A DNA stretch of 62,691 nt, filler included, from 6 parts of 6 records of this genome joined end to end with filler, not necessarily neighbours in it, one strand, 5' to 3'. Shown: positions 38,641 to 49,879, counted from the whole stretch's first letter. Notes: generated from the letters alone by a model not told the origin. Numbers and translations: made by a program.

Positions 38641-39735
38641 ATGAATCGCGTTTTCAGAATCATAGGTGGTGTTTTGCTTGCAGCCCTTGTCATTTATTTG
38701 GTGTGGCGCTTTTCGAATATTGTAACCTATGTATTCATCTCCATAATCTTATCGTTGATTGGCCGTCCGCTGGTACAACGTTTTAACAAGCTACGGATCG
38801 GCAAGGTACATATTCCCAATTCAATAAGTGCCTTGTTGTCACTGATGGTGCTTCTGCTCGTTGTATTTACCTTTCTGGGGATATTTGTGCCGCTTATTGC
38901 TGCCCAGGCCAATGTGATTACGGGTATAGATTTTACATCCCTGGGGCATTCGGTTCAGAAACCATTGCAGGAACTTGAAGTATTCCTCCACGAATATGGC
39001 TTCCTGAACCAGGACGAAACCGTCAAACAGATCATCGCCGATCAGTTAAATACCATCCTTAACTTTGCCTCGTTTTCTGATACCGTTTCATCCATTGTCG
39101 GGGTAACGGGATCAATTTTTATAGCCATGTTTTCCATCCTTTTCCTCACCTATTTTTTCATGAAGGATGCTTACCTGCTGGACGAACTGCTGGAGAATCT
39201 TACACCAGTAAATTATCAGCATGAGGTAAATAATATTCTGATGCAGACCAAACGTTTATTAAGCCGCTATTTTATTGGGTTGGTGATTGAGCTGACAACA
39301 ATGGTTACTTTGCTGAGCACCGGGCTTACGATTTTTGGTGTTGAAAATGCCCTGCTCATTGGCTTTTTTGGCGGTATCATGAATGTGATCCCATATCTTG
39401 GCCCTGTGATCGGTGCTACAGTTGGTATGCTGTTGGCCGTTGTTACTGCATTGGGTTCCGGAATGTACAGCGAGGTATTTCCACTCATTTTTATTGTGCT
39501 TGGTGTTTTTGCCGGTTCAAACCTGATTGATAATATTGTGCTGCAACCACTTATCTATTCGAACAGTGTAAAGGCACATCCTGTAGAAATTTTCCTGGTG
39601 ATTTTAATTGCAGGCAGCATGGCAGGTATACCCGGAATGATATTTGCCATTCCCTCATATACGGTTTTAAGGGTGATAGCCAAGGAGTTCCTTAGCCAAT
39701 TCAGGGTTGTTCAAAAGCTCACGAAAAATATTTAA
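38641..39735 (+). CDS. AI-2E family transporter
   Basis: multi-TM; NVIPYLGP, QPLIYSNSVKAHP, GIPGMIFAIP. Confidence 0.9.
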   Translation: MNRVFRIIGGVLLAALVIYLVWRFSNIVTYVFISIILSLIGRPLVQRFNKLRIGKVHIPNSISALLSLMVLLLVVFTFLGIFVPLIAAQANVITGIDFTSLGHSVQKPLQELEVFLHEYGFLNQDETVKQIIADQLNTILNFASFSDTVSSIVGVTGSIFIAMFSILFLTYFFMKDAYLLDELLENLTPVNYQHEVNNILMQTKRLLSRYFIGLVIELTTMVTLLSTGLTIFGVENALLIGFFGGIMNVIPYLGPVIGATVGMLLAVVTALGSGMYSEVFPLIFIVLGVFAGSNLIDNIVLQPLIYSNSVKAHPVEIFLVILIAGSMAGIPGMIFAIPSYTVLRVIAKEFLSQFRVVQKLTKNI

Positions 39736-39805
39736 CACCTTTTATAGTTGTAACAGTGTGCGTATTTTGTTATATTTGTGAATCTAACACTAAAATTAAA
39801 AAACA

Positions 39806-40090
39806 ATGTCAAATTCAACAGGAAATTTTATAGTAGGATTATTAAGTGGTGCTGCAATTGGCGCTGCTGTAGGAATTTTGTTCGCACCAGATAAAGGTGA
39901 AGTAACAAGAGACAGACTTACCAAAAAAGCCGAAGATCTTAAAGAAGATTTTGATGATCGTTTTGATGAGTTGAAAGACTATGTAAACGACACCATGGGC
40001 GATATGAAGGAAAAGCTTGCTGACGTCAAAGAAAAAGTTTCTGACGTTAAGGAAAAAGTCCAGAAAAAGGAGAAAGAAGCTACAGCCTGA
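39806..40090 (+). CDS. YtxH domain protein
   Basis: GAAIGAAVGILFAPDKGEVTR followed by a coiled coil. Confidence 0.9.
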   Translation: MSNSTGNFIVGLLSGAAIGAAVGILFAPDKGEVTRDRLTKKAEDLKEDFDDRFDELKDYVNDTMGDMKEKLADVKEKVSDVKEKVQKKEKEATA

Positions 40091-40113
40091 TCATATTTAA
40101 AATTAAAGATATT

Positions 40114-40152
40114 GGAATTGTCCACCACCCACAGGGCAATTCCTTTTTCTTT
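40114..40152 (+). terminator. Rho-independent terminator
   Basis: GGAATTGTCC...GGGCAATTCC followed by TTTTTCTTT. Confidence 0.65.
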
Positions 40153-40166
40153 TTAACCCAACCGGC

Positions 40167-40559
40167 ATGAACAAGGATAACTTTAACAAAAATCTGCAAA
40201 GCACCATCGATAATGTGAGGGAGTATATCGACATGAAGATCGAACTATATTCCCTGATTATGATCGAGCGCATCTCAAAAATGTTGTCGAAATTCCTTGT
40301 GGCCATCATCTTTGTGTTTTTCCTGTTTTTCTTCCTGTTGTTCATTTCGCTGGGTTTTATTAACTGGTTCCACGAAGCCACCGGCACAACATTGATGGGA
40401 TATGTAATTGCAGCCGTATTTTACCTGATCATCGGACTGATCGTTTTTGGGATGAGCAAAAAGCTATTTTTGAATCCCATGCTGAAAGGATTTACAGAGG
40501 TTTTGTTTGAGGAGGAAGATAAGTTGGATGATGATAAAAAACAGGAATCAAAGAAATGA
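40167..40559 (+). CDS. phage-holin-like (YqjE/holin-X) two-TM membrane protein
   Basis: REYIDMKIEL followed by two TM helices; typical YtxH-adjacent gene. Confidence 0.75.
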   Translation: MNKDNFNKNLQSTIDNVREYIDMKIELYSLIMIERISKMLSKFLVAIIFVFFLFFFLLFISLGFINWFHEATGTTLMGYVIAAVFYLIIGLIVFGMSKKLFLNPMLKGFTEVLFEEEDKLDDDKKQESKK

Positions 40560-40828
40560 AAAAAATCGCCAACCTCGAAGACCTCCGTTATCGCAAGCTT
40601 TACCTGCGTTCTGAAATTAAATTTAAAGAACAAAAAATAGGAACCCAGGTTGCAGAGCTCCGTGAAGAGATCAACAGTGTGGATTTCAAGAGTGAGATCG
40701 TTCAATCCGCCATGAAAAACCCTGCTCTGGTAATCAACATTGCCCGGATTGCATACAATCTTACCATGCGTATTCGCAAGCAAAAACGGAAAAAGAAAGC
40801 CAAAAGAAAAGCGAAGCAGATTGATTGA
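40556..40828 (+). CDS. hypothetical protein
   Basis: ATGA overlap with the upstream gene; KIANLEDLRYRK helix and basic tail. Confidence 0.7.
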   Translation: MKKIANLEDLRYRKLYLRSEIKFKEQKIGTQVAELREEINSVDFKSEIVQSAMKNPALVINIARIAYNLTMRIRKQKRKKKAKRKAKQID

Positions 40829-41200
40829 CCTCAATCAGTTTTGTGAATCATTATCTTTCTGCCAAACGGGTTTTTCTGCTGGTTAATTAGCATGTCCAGC
40901 TACAGTTCTCCAAAATATTTGAATTTCAAATCATGGATTTTTTGGCATTGATGCCGAAAGTTATTGTCCGGCTGATGAGTTTTATTTTGGATAGTCAGTT
41001 TTATGTTTTCTCCCTTCGTAACTTTTTTTGTAATACTTATTCTACTGTTTCATCCAGAAGTATGATTCCAGAGAAGGTTCCACACTAACAACTACTAAAA
41101 GGTAACTGAAGGTTGCTATCGTGTTACTGTTGAGGTTTTCGGATATTGATTATTTTTACCGTTCAACCCGTTGTAGGCATATCGATATAGAGAACATAAA

Positions 41201-43033
41201 GTGAAACGTAAAAACCAACTCATAAGAATATCCCTCAATCTTTACGGTCTCTTGTTTTTTGTCTGTAGGGTATATGGAGCACCTGTGCAAATTTCTCCGC
41301 TATTGGACAATCAGCACTACAGTGTTCAGTTTTCAGATACTGCATCCATTTCAAGGGCACGGTTGCAGGTGGAAAAAGCACCACTTCAGGATGCCGATGA
41401 AGCTGTAGCCGAGCTGAAAAGAATCAGGAGTTTCGCTGAAGGTATCGGCTATGATAAAGGTGTGGGGGAAACTTTTTATCAGACAGGTGTAATTGAGTAC
41501 CGGCTAAACAGGTATAAACCGGCACTCGGTAACTTTGATAGCGCTTATAATGTGGCCAAAAATATTGGCGATACTTTGCTTATGGCCCGAAGCCTGGAGC
41601 GGATGGCATCAGTAAACCTGACTCTTGGTGACGATCACCTTTCGCTGAAATTGTACTACGAATCACTACCATTGTTCCAAACCATGAAAAATAAGGTTGG
41701 AATTGCTACGGTTTACAACATAATCGGACTTTATAAAAGTGCGCAACAGGAGTATGATTCCGCTGAGGCCTATTATCAAAAAGCGATACAGATGAATGAA
41801 GAGGCCGGTAATGCAACCGGCATAGTTCACAACAAAGGAAATCTCGGGTACCTGTACGAAAAAACCGGGAATTATAAAAAGGCCAAAAAAATCTATGATG
41901 GATTAGTTGATCTCCTGATTAATAATGGTGACAGCCTTAATTTGCCGATGGTTTACTATAATTTGTCCTCGCTGTTTCAAAAACAAAATCTACCGGATTC
42001 CGTCATGTTTTATCTCAGACGGGCCATTAAGATTGCAGAACCAAAGCGGGATACATCATTACTTACAGCACTTTACGGAGATTATGGCAAAAGCATGATT
42101 GACTTGAATGAACCTGATTCAGCAAAGTATTATCTCGAAAAATCGGCTGTATTTGGTCATGCAATAGGAGACTACAATAACGAGCTTAAAGCGCTTAAAG
42201 CAATGCTCCACACCGACACCATATCGGGAAATTACCAACGGGCTGCCGCACGTTTTGAAAAAGTCCTGATGGTAAAAGACTCAATTAACAACAGGAAAGT
42301 CAGGAATAATTTAAAGGCTTCTGAACTTCGTTACGAAATGCAAAGAAATAAGCTGCAAATCAGGGAAAAGGAATTGCAATTGAAATCTGTAAATCGGCAA
42401 AAACAGTTGTACTACCTTTTGTTGATTATATCATTTCTGGCGACTGGGCTGTTGATTGCAGTAATCATTTTGATTGTAAAAAATAACCGTAAACAGCGCA
42501 GGCTTCAGGAGGAGAAACTGCGATTGAAAGACCTCCGGATTCTGAGTGCGGAAAAATCGAAAGAGCTCCATGAGATTAAAGTGATGCAGGCCAAAAAAGA
42601 GATAAATGTAATGGTGAATGAGCAGGTCAGCAATGCTCTGGCATTAGATCAGAAAAACATGTTACTAAGCCAAATACATAAGAAATTCTCTAATGCAATG
42701 CAAGAAACCGGCACAATAAACCAGGAGTTGATAAATGAGATTGTTTCATCACTTAAAGTCCAAATCAGGGGTTCTTCAGACATGGATCTGTTCAACCGGA
42801 AATTCAGTCAGCTTCACAGGGATTTTTACAATAATCTGAAGCAGGCTCATCCTGACCTTACTAAATCAGAACTTAAATTTTGTGCCTATCTGAAGTTGAA
42901 CCTCAGCAGCAGTCAGATTGCAAAAATCCAGAATGTTTCTTCCGAAGCCATCCGCAAATCCAGATATAGAATCCGTAAAAAATTCCAGCTTCAAAAGGAA
43001 GGTTCCTTAGAGGGTTATATTTCAAGGTTTTAG
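41201..43033 (+). CDS. membrane-anchored TPR sensor with C-terminal LuxR-type HTH
   Basis: TPR repeats, one TM helix, coiled coil, PDLTKSELKFCAYLKLNLSSSQIA...RYRIRKK. Confidence 0.88.
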   Translation: MKRKNQLIRISLNLYGLLFFVCRVYGAPVQISPLLDNQHYSVQFSDTASISRARLQVEKAPLQDADEAVAELKRIRSFAEGIGYDKGVGETFYQTGVIEYRLNRYKPALGNFDSAYNVAKNIGDTLLMARSLERMASVNLTLGDDHLSLKLYYESLPLFQTMKNKVGIATVYNIIGLYKSAQQEYDSAEAYYQKAIQMNEEAGNATGIVHNKGNLGYLYEKTGNYKKAKKIYDGLVDLLINNGDSLNLPMVYYNLSSLFQKQNLPDSVMFYLRRAIKIAEPKRDTSLLTALYGDYGKSMIDLNEPDSAKYYLEKSAVFGHAIGDYNNELKALKAMLHTDTISGNYQRAAARFEKVLMVKDSINNRKVRNNLKASELRYEMQRNKLQIREKELQLKSVNRQKQLYYLLLIISFLATGLLIAVIILIVKNNRKQRRLQEEKLRLKDLRILSAEKSKELHEIKVMQAKKEINVMVNEQVSNALALDQKNMLLSQIHKKFSNAMQETGTINQELINEIVSSLKVQIRGSSDMDLFNRKFSQLHRDFYNNLKQAHPDLTKSELKFCAYLKLNLSSSQIAKIQNVSSEAIRKSRYRIRKKFQLQKEGSLEGYISRF

Positions 43034-43059
43034 TGCGTTTCTCATGAACGGCTTTATGT

Positions 43060-43081
43060 TTTTGTCCGCATTTTGTCCGCA
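43060..43081 (+). promoter_or_regulatory. perfect 11-bp tandem repeat, putative regulator-binding site
   Basis: TTTTGTCCGCA TTTTGTCCGCA between the TPR-LuxR gene and the T9SS gene. Confidence 0.6.
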
Positions 43082-43185
43082 CTGGACATTTATGTTTCTG
43101 ATGCTTTTGAAGCTACCTTTGCGAAAGGATAATAAATCATACAGCTACCTTTTAAAAAGTTGTATATCTAACAAACAAAATTAAA

Positions 43186-46100
43186 ATGGGGACTCTCAGA
43201 TTAAAAAATTTAGCGCAGGCACTTTGTCTGCTTTTTTGCATGGGCGTTATGCTGGCCAATGGACAATCTAAATCAACATTATCCAGTGAATATTCAGATG
43301 ATGACTGGCTGGGTATGATCCAGGATCCAAATGTGGATTTTCGCAAAGCACAGGAAACTTTTTATGAATTTTGGAAAGATCGCTCTGATTACAAAGGAAA
43401 CGGGTACAAAATATTCAAACGTTGGGAATATATCAACGAACCCAGGGTACTTGAAAACGGCAGGTTACAATCCCAGGGTTATATTTTGAACGAGTATAGC
43501 AAATATGTTCAGGAAGTTGAAGCTGCAAAATCTGCTTCCGGAAACTGGTCGTTGGTAGGCCCATCATCCTATCCGGTAAACAATACCAGCCAGCCAACAG
43601 GTATGGGGCGTATCAATACCATTGCTTTTCATCCTACAGATGCCGATATTATATTTGTTGGAGCCCCCTCAGGTGGTTTTTGGAAAACCATAAATGGAGG
43701 TGCTTCATGGATCAATCTCTCATCTGATTTACCAAAACTGGGAGTATCCTCCATTTTAATCGATCCTGTTGATCCTGATGTTATTTACATCGGGACCGGC
43801 GACCGAGATGGAGGCGATGCGCCGGGATTAGGGGTATTTAAGTCCGTTGACGGCGGACTGTCATGGGATCAGATGAACAATTCCATGGGTGATGTCACTG
43901 TTGGGGCAATGGTGATGCATCCCTCCGATGAAGAAACCATCATAGCAGCAACAAGTGGTGGTATTTACAAAACCATTGACGGCGGAGTAAGCTGGAGCTA
44001 TAGGTTTGGCCCGATAAATTGTAAGGACATAAAGTTTAATCCCGGCAACCCAACCATCGTGTATGTTGCTACTTATTCTTCTTCATCCGGAGCAAAGTTT
44101 TATCGTTCATCCAATACCGGGGATAACTGGACCCAGATCACTTCAGGCATTCCTGATGCAGGAACCGCTGCTGCCGGAGCGAGATTTGTGATAGGTGTTT
44201 CGGCCGCCAATCCTTCCTATGTATATCTTGTACAGATCAAAGAATCAGATGACACATTCCGCAATTTATTGAGATCAGAAAATAGTGGTGTTGATTTTGC
44301 CAGCACTTCAAACAGTCCAAATATTTTAGGTTATGAATGCAACGGCAGTGGTACTGCCAGTCAGGCTACCTACGATTTGTGTATCACAGTTGACCCAAAT
44401 GATGCGGATGTGGTCTATGTGGGTGGTATCAACAACTGGAAATCAACCAATGGCGGTGTAAACTGGTCTATCGTTTCACATTGGTATAGTGATTGTTCCA
44501 CAGGCATATCTGCTTTACATGCCGACCAGCATTGCTATGCATGGTCAATTAACAACGAAAATTTGTATGTTGGTCACGATGGCGGCATTAGTTACACAGC
44601 CGATGATGGTGGTAGCTGGACAGAAATCACCAATGATCTGACGATCACACAAATTTATAAAATCGGCCAGGGGGCTTCAAATAATAATTACACCCTGTTT
44701 GGTTGTCAGGACAATGGCTCAGCGGCAACTTCCGACGGGAGCACTTTTTATACTACCCGTGGAGGTGATGGCACCGAATGTGCAATCGACTTCAGCAATA
44801 GCAATTATTGCTACAACACCTATATAAAGGGTGATATTAGCCGATCCACTACAGGGCCGACAGGCTCATATGCGCAAATTGCAGCAACAGGAGTTAATGG
44901 CATTGCTGCCGGGGATATTGGTGCCTGGGTAACACCCTATATGCTGCATGAAACCGATGCCAGTGTTATGTTTGCAGGGTACATGAACGTTTACAGATGC
45001 GATGACGTGAAAGCAGGATCAGTAAGCTGGTCGGCCATTTCTTCAGGGGAAACCAATACCTGCCGTGTGCTTGAGCAATCACCAGCCGATGAGGATATTC
45101 TGTATGTTGTTAGGCCTGACTACTGGAATGGTTCTACCTGGCTGACTGGTAATTTTAAACGATCGGATAACGCAAATGCTACTGCAGGTTCAGTTACCTG
45201 GACGGTATGTACATTGCCGGGAGGAGATTACCCCACCGACCTTGAAGCACACCCGACAAATGCAAACGTCGTTTACGCAACTGTAGATTATGGGGTTTAC
45301 AAATCGACGGATAAGGGCGCAACATGGACGGATATTTCAGGAAATTTGCCGAATCTGTTTACAAATTGTCTGGTGTATGACAAAAATACGGATGAAGGCA
45401 TTTATGTGGGAAACCAGACTGCAGTTTGGTATAAGAATTCTGTTTTAACCGATTGGGTGCTTTTCAGTGACGGTCTCCCTCCGGTTGATGTGAGAGAATT
45501 AGAAATCTATTATGATGCCACACCGGCAAATTCGCGGATAAAGGCAGCAACTTATGGACGTGGGCTCTGGGAAAGTGATTTGATTACTCAAAGCCCAATG
45601 ACTTATGTTTCTTCAACAACTACACAGAACAATACTTCTGTTGTTGACAGAGGATCTGCCAATCAGGAAATTATTGGCATCGAAATAGTGACTTCAGGAA
45701 TCATTACTCCACAAGACGTCACACAATTTAATATTAACACAAATGGAAGTACTCATGCAAGCAATGATATTGATGCAGCAAAAATTTATTTTACCGGAAA
45801 ATCTTCTGAATTTTCCGCAACCAATCAATTTGGAGTGGATTTTGCTGATCCAAACGGAGCTTTTACAATAAGCGGAACCCAAACATTGGACTTTGGAACT
45901 AACTATTTTTGGTTAGTATATGATATCAAAGCTTCTGCTGCAGTCGGGAATTTTATAGATGCAGAGTGTAGTTCGATAACCATGGCAGGAAATACTGAAA
46001 CACCTACAATTACAGCACCATCCGGTACAAGGGAAATAAATTCTTGTACCTATTGTACACCTACAGCCAGCATTGATGATGCTACAGGTGTTACCAATGT

Positions 46101-48093
46101 TAATTTTAATACCATTAATAATGGTTCGCCTGGTGACCCGGCCTACACTGATTTTACTTCAATAGCAACAGATGTTGCCAAAGGAAATTCCTATACATTA
46201 ACGGTGAATGTTAATACTGGTGGAGGCTATAACATTATAGCTAAAGCCTGGATAGACTGGAACCAGGATTGTGATTTTGATGATGTCGGAGAAGATTTTG
46301 ATCTTGGTTCTACAAGTAGCCATGGACCCACATCCCTAACACCATCCATCACTATCCCTTCAGGTGCTATGTTCGGAAATACTGTTTTAAGAGTGAGAGC
46401 CTTATATAATGATGGTTCTACTCCTGAACCTTGTGGAAATCATAATTGGAGTGAAGCTGAAGATTATTCGATCTTTATTGGGTCAGGTGCAACCTGGGAT
46501 GGAAGTGAAAGTACAGACTGGAACACTGCTGGTAACTGGTTCGATAATTCGGTACCGACTGGAATATCCGATGTTACAATTCCTAATGTAACCAACGACC
46601 CGATTATAAATCAACCCATTGAGACCCCGGCATTAACAAATAACCTTACAATTGAGGCAGGGGCAACTCTGACAATCAACCCAGACAAGGCCCTTACAGT
46701 CAATGGAACTATAACCAACCAGGCAGGAACAAGAGGCCTGATACTAAAATCAGATAACACCGGAACGGCCACACTGATCCATTCAACTGCTGATGTTTCA
46801 GCGTCCGTAAAAAGGTATGTTGCAAAGTATGATAATGTGAATGATCAGATGTATCATTTCATCTCATCACCTGTAGAAGCTCAGTCCATTCAGCCTGATT
46901 TTGTTGCTGACCCTCCAACACCCGGTCATGACTTTATGGCGTGGGATGAACCCGGCTACCAGTGGTTAAACTCAAAAACTGCTGCTGGTGTGTGGAACGA
47001 TGATTTTGATGATGAATTTGTTGTTGGTAAAGGTTATCTGGTTGCCTGGCCGGATAATGAAACCAAAACCTTTGCTGGTGAGCTTAACTCATACCCGGCA
47101 GGCAATCCTCTGGTAATTACCTGTACCAACACCAACAACGGCGGATGGAACTTATTGGGAAACCCGTTCCCCACTTCACTTGACTGGGATTTGGTAACAA
47201 AAGGTGATGGTATGGATGACGCATTGTACTATTATGATAACCAAAATGAGAATTATAAATATTATGTGCAACTTGGTGGTTATGGGGTGGGCGGTGGTTC
47301 ACGATACATTCCACCCATGCAGGGATTTATGGTGCATGCCAAAACAACCGGCACAAAAACATTATCGCTCGACAACTCCCAAAGGACACATCAATCTTCG
47401 GATATATATTACAAATCGGAAACACCTAATTTGTTGATGCTTCAAATTCAGGGTAATGATAAAACGGATGAAACTGTTGTTTTCTTCCACGAAGGCACTA
47501 CCAACGGTTTCGACAGCCATGCCGATGCCTACAAACTATTTAGCAATGCTAATACGGTCCCGCAGGTATACACACTAACTCCATCAGGAACCCAGCTGGC
47601 CATCAATACACTTCCTGACATGTCAGAAAATTCGCAGGTGGCTGTTGGAATTCGGGTTCCTGAGCCCGGGAGCTATCAGCTGTATGCTTCAGGATTGGAA
47701 TCCTTCGGGCCGGCCAGTGAAATTTCGTTGTATGATTCGCAATTGGGGGTTGACTACAATTTAAGGTTACTTCCAACGTATGTGTTTCAGTCAGATCTTT
47801 CAGGCCTGATAACCGACCGGTTTGTGCTGCAATTTAAAGGTGAAACCGGAATTGCTGAACCCAATGAAAATTTGCAGGTTTACTGGCAGCAAGGATACAT
47901 CAGGGTTTTGTTACCTAATGAGATGTCAGGGTTGGTAACCATTACAAATATGATAGGGCAGCTTATTATGTCAGAAAATGTGGTGCTGAACCGTGAGGCA
48001 CAAATACCCTTTACTGATCTGGCAGCCGGGGCTTATGTCATCAGGATTTCAAATGAAGAGAAAGTAATGATAGGAAAAATTGTAGTCCATTAA
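43186..48093 (+). CDS. large T9SS-secreted protein (BNR/VPS10 beta-propellers, BNR-associated Ig domain, GEVED domain, type A CTD)
   Basis: signal peptide; repeated KSxDGGxxW Asp-boxes; ATYGRGLW; NYFWLVYDI; WIDWNQD.DF.D...EAEDY; C-terminal LAAGAYVIRI...GKIVVH. Confidence 0.88.
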   Translation: MGTLRLKNLAQALCLLFCMGVMLANGQSKSTLSSEYSDDDWLGMIQDPNVDFRKAQETFYEFWKDRSDYKGNGYKIFKRWEYINEPRVLENGRLQSQGYILNEYSKYVQEVEAAKSASGNWSLVGPSSYPVNNTSQPTGMGRINTIAFHPTDADIIFVGAPSGGFWKTINGGASWINLSSDLPKLGVSSILIDPVDPDVIYIGTGDRDGGDAPGLGVFKSVDGGLSWDQMNNSMGDVTVGAMVMHPSDEETIIAATSGGIYKTIDGGVSWSYRFGPINCKDIKFNPGNPTIVYVATYSSSSGAKFYRSSNTGDNWTQITSGIPDAGTAAAGARFVIGVSAANPSYVYLVQIKESDDTFRNLLRSENSGVDFASTSNSPNILGYECNGSGTASQATYDLCITVDPNDADVVYVGGINNWKSTNGGVNWSIVSHWYSDCSTGISALHADQHCYAWSINNENLYVGHDGGISYTADDGGSWTEITNDLTITQIYKIGQGASNNNYTLFGCQDNGSAATSDGSTFYTTRGGDGTECAIDFSNSNYCYNTYIKGDISRSTTGPTGSYAQIAATGVNGIAAGDIGAWVTPYMLHETDASVMFAGYMNVYRCDDVKAGSVSWSAISSGETNTCRVLEQSPADEDILYVVRPDYWNGSTWLTGNFKRSDNANATAGSVTWTVCTLPGGDYPTDLEAHPTNANVVYATVDYGVYKSTDKGATWTDISGNLPNLFTNCLVYDKNTDEGIYVGNQTAVWYKNSVLTDWVLFSDGLPPVDVRELEIYYDATPANSRIKAATYGRGLWESDLITQSPMTYVSSTTTQNNTSVVDRGSANQEIIGIEIVTSGIITPQDVTQFNINTNGSTHASNDIDAAKIYFTGKSSEFSATNQFGVDFADPNGAFTISGTQTLDFGTNYFWLVYDIKASAAVGNFIDAECSSITMAGNTETPTITAPSGTREINSCTYCTPTASIDDATGVTNVNFNTINNGSPGDPAYTDFTSIATDVAKGNSYTLTVNVNTGGGYNIIAKAWIDWNQDCDFDDVGEDFDLGSTSSHGPTSLTPSITIPSGAMFGNTVLRVRALYNDGSTPEPCGNHNWSEAEDYSIFIGSGATWDGSESTDWNTAGNWFDNSVPTGISDVTIPNVTNDPIINQPIETPALTNNLTIEAGATLTINPDKALTVNGTITNQAGTRGLILKSDNTGTATLIHSTADVSASVKRYVAKYDNVNDQMYHFISSPVEAQSIQPDFVADPPTPGHDFMAWDEPGYQWLNSKTAAGVWNDDFDDEFVVGKGYLVAWPDNETKTFAGELNSYPAGNPLVITCTNTNNGGWNLLGNPFPTSLDWDLVTKGDGMDDALYYYDNQNENYKYYVQLGGYGVGGGSRYIPPMQGFMVHAKTTGTKTLSLDNSQRTHQSSDIYYKSETPNLLMLQIQGNDKTDETVVFFHEGTTNGFDSHADAYKLFSNANTVPQVYTLTPSGTQLAINTLPDMSENSQVAVGIRVPEPGSYQLYASGLESFGPASEISLYDSQLGVDYNLRLLPTYVFQSDLSGLITDRFVLQFKGETGIAEPNENLQVYWQQGYIRVLLPNEMSGLVTITNMIGQLIMSENVVLNREAQIPFTDLAAGAYVIRISNEEKVMIGKIVVH

Positions 48094-48281
48094 TGATGTT
48101 TTGGTGAAATTGTTTTCACCACTTCCTCATAGCTGCAATTCCGACGGGCACAGCGTTGGAAGGATCTGAATATTTGAAATGCGGCTTTTGTTTTAATAGG
48201 AAAACAGGAGTGCCGAAATCATTGGCAACATCCAGGTTTCTCTGAATTCTCATATTGCAGTTGATTTTCGCTGATCTTATG

Positions 48282-48348
48282 TTAATGGAATATTAATATC
48301 CCGCCTTTTTATTAACCCTTTCTTAATGCAGAATTAAGGTTGTATTAA
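48282..48348 (+). promoter_or_regulatory. TTAA repeats with 11-bp periodicity (OmpR/PhoB-box-like)
   Basis: TTAA at 48282, 48293, 48312, 48323, 48334 and 48345. Confidence 0.5.
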
Positions 48349-48445
48349 CCACCTTTTGTCATCATTCCCCCACTTTTGCATCGGTTTTAAAATTCGAAAT
48401 AATTCTCGTAATACATTAAAAATAAATTAATTAAAAAGTTTAGAA

Positions 48446-49156
48446 ATGATGACGAAACTCAACCTGAAAAATCTTGCCATGTTTTTTATGGCATTTGCAA
48501 TGAGCCTTTCTTTCGTTGCTTGCGACAATGGTGATGATCCGCAGCCTGAGCCAGAGCCGGAACCGGAAACCGAATTTGATGTTACCGAAAACATCACCGA
48601 AAACACAACCTGGGAATCAGGAAATGTGTATGTGCTTACATCACGCATTGCTGTTGAATCAGGTGCAACGCTTACCATTGAGCCCGGTGTGGTTATTAAA
48701 GGTGAATCAGGAAGTGGTGAAAACGCAACTGCGCTGTTAGTTGCCCGTGGAGGCAAGCTCATGGCCGAAGGTACTGCAGATGCACCCATAATTTTCACAA
48801 CAATTGCCGACGAAATTGAGCCCGGTATGATCGCTAGTCCAAACCTCGACGAAACATATAACGGCCTTTGGGGTGGTTTGATCGTGCTTGGAAATGCACC
48901 TATTTCTGCTGACGAATCTCCTGCACAAATCGAAGGTATTCCACCCTCAGATCAAAACGGCCTTTATGGTGGTAATGCTCCTGCTGATAATTCAGGTGTA
49001 ATCAGGTATGTATCCATCCGTCACGGTGGTGCTAACATTGGTGAAGGTAACGAAATCAACGGCCTTACACTTGGTGGTGTAGGTTCAGGAACAGTTATCG
49101 AAAATGTTGAAATTGTTGCAAACCAGGATGATGGTATCGAATGGTTTGGTGGAACT
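48446..49156 (+). CDS. beta-helix-like lipoprotein (truncated by gap)
   Basis: lipobox FVAC, PQPEPEPEPE linker, LTIEPGVVIKG, WGGLIVLGNA, DNSG.IRYV, EINGLTLGGVGSGT, DDGIEWFGG. Confidence 0.85.
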
Positions 49157-49256
49157 NNNNNNNNNNNNNNNNNNNNNNNNNNNNNNNNNNNNNNNNNNNN
49201 TTAATTAATTAANNNNNNNNNNNNNNNNNNNNNNNNNNNNNNNNNNNNNNNNNNNN
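49157..49256. other. contig-joining gap
   Basis: N-run with TTAATTAATTAA. Confidence 0.98.
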
Positions 49257-49879
49257 AATTTTCAAGAAATTTCCTGTGGGAGCCGTGGGATCTGTTCCCG
49301 AAAAACGGTCGTGCTCTGATTAGTCCCGTCTATTCTTGCCTTTTTGAACGAGGTGGGGGAGAGCCGGGTTTGTGGGATAAGAAGAGCCCCATCCAACGGT
49401 TTTCCGAGTGGTTGAAGGACCTGGGAAGAACCATCGATTACCTTGAAACCCGTGAAGATATTGATACGGCGAACCTGGCTTTCATCGGCGTCAGTATGGG
49501 TGCGCTTCTGGGGCCACTTTTTGCGCCTTACGAGGAACGTATTAGGTCTCTGATCCTCGTCTCAGGCTGCATCTATTTGCCTGTCGGAAGGCCCAAACCT
49601 AAAGGTCTGGTACATCCCCTTGTGACAGTTCCGTTGCTCATGCTCAGCGGAAAATACGACTATACCTGGCCGGTCAGAACCCACCAGAAGCCCCTCTTTG
49701 ATCTGATCGGAACCCCTCCTGAGCACAAAAAGCATGTCATCTACGAGACGGGTCACCTGCCTCTACCGCGGGCGGCCATGATGAAAGAAATTTTCGCCTG
49801 GCTGGAGAAATACCAGGGGCCGGTTGAATGCGGCGCCACGAACGAGGCTATTGTTTCGACTGTTAAACAGGTCAGGTGA
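49257..49879 (+). CDS. alpha/beta hydrolase (dienelactone hydrolase-like) C-terminal fragment
   Basis: GVSMG nucleophile elbow, GKYD, ETGH; reading frame open from the contig edge. Confidence 0.8.

Noticed and set aside
40167-40559. Holin as evidence of a prophage
   Set aside because: YtxH-adjacent holin-like membrane proteins are ordinary chromosomal genes, and no phage genes are nearby
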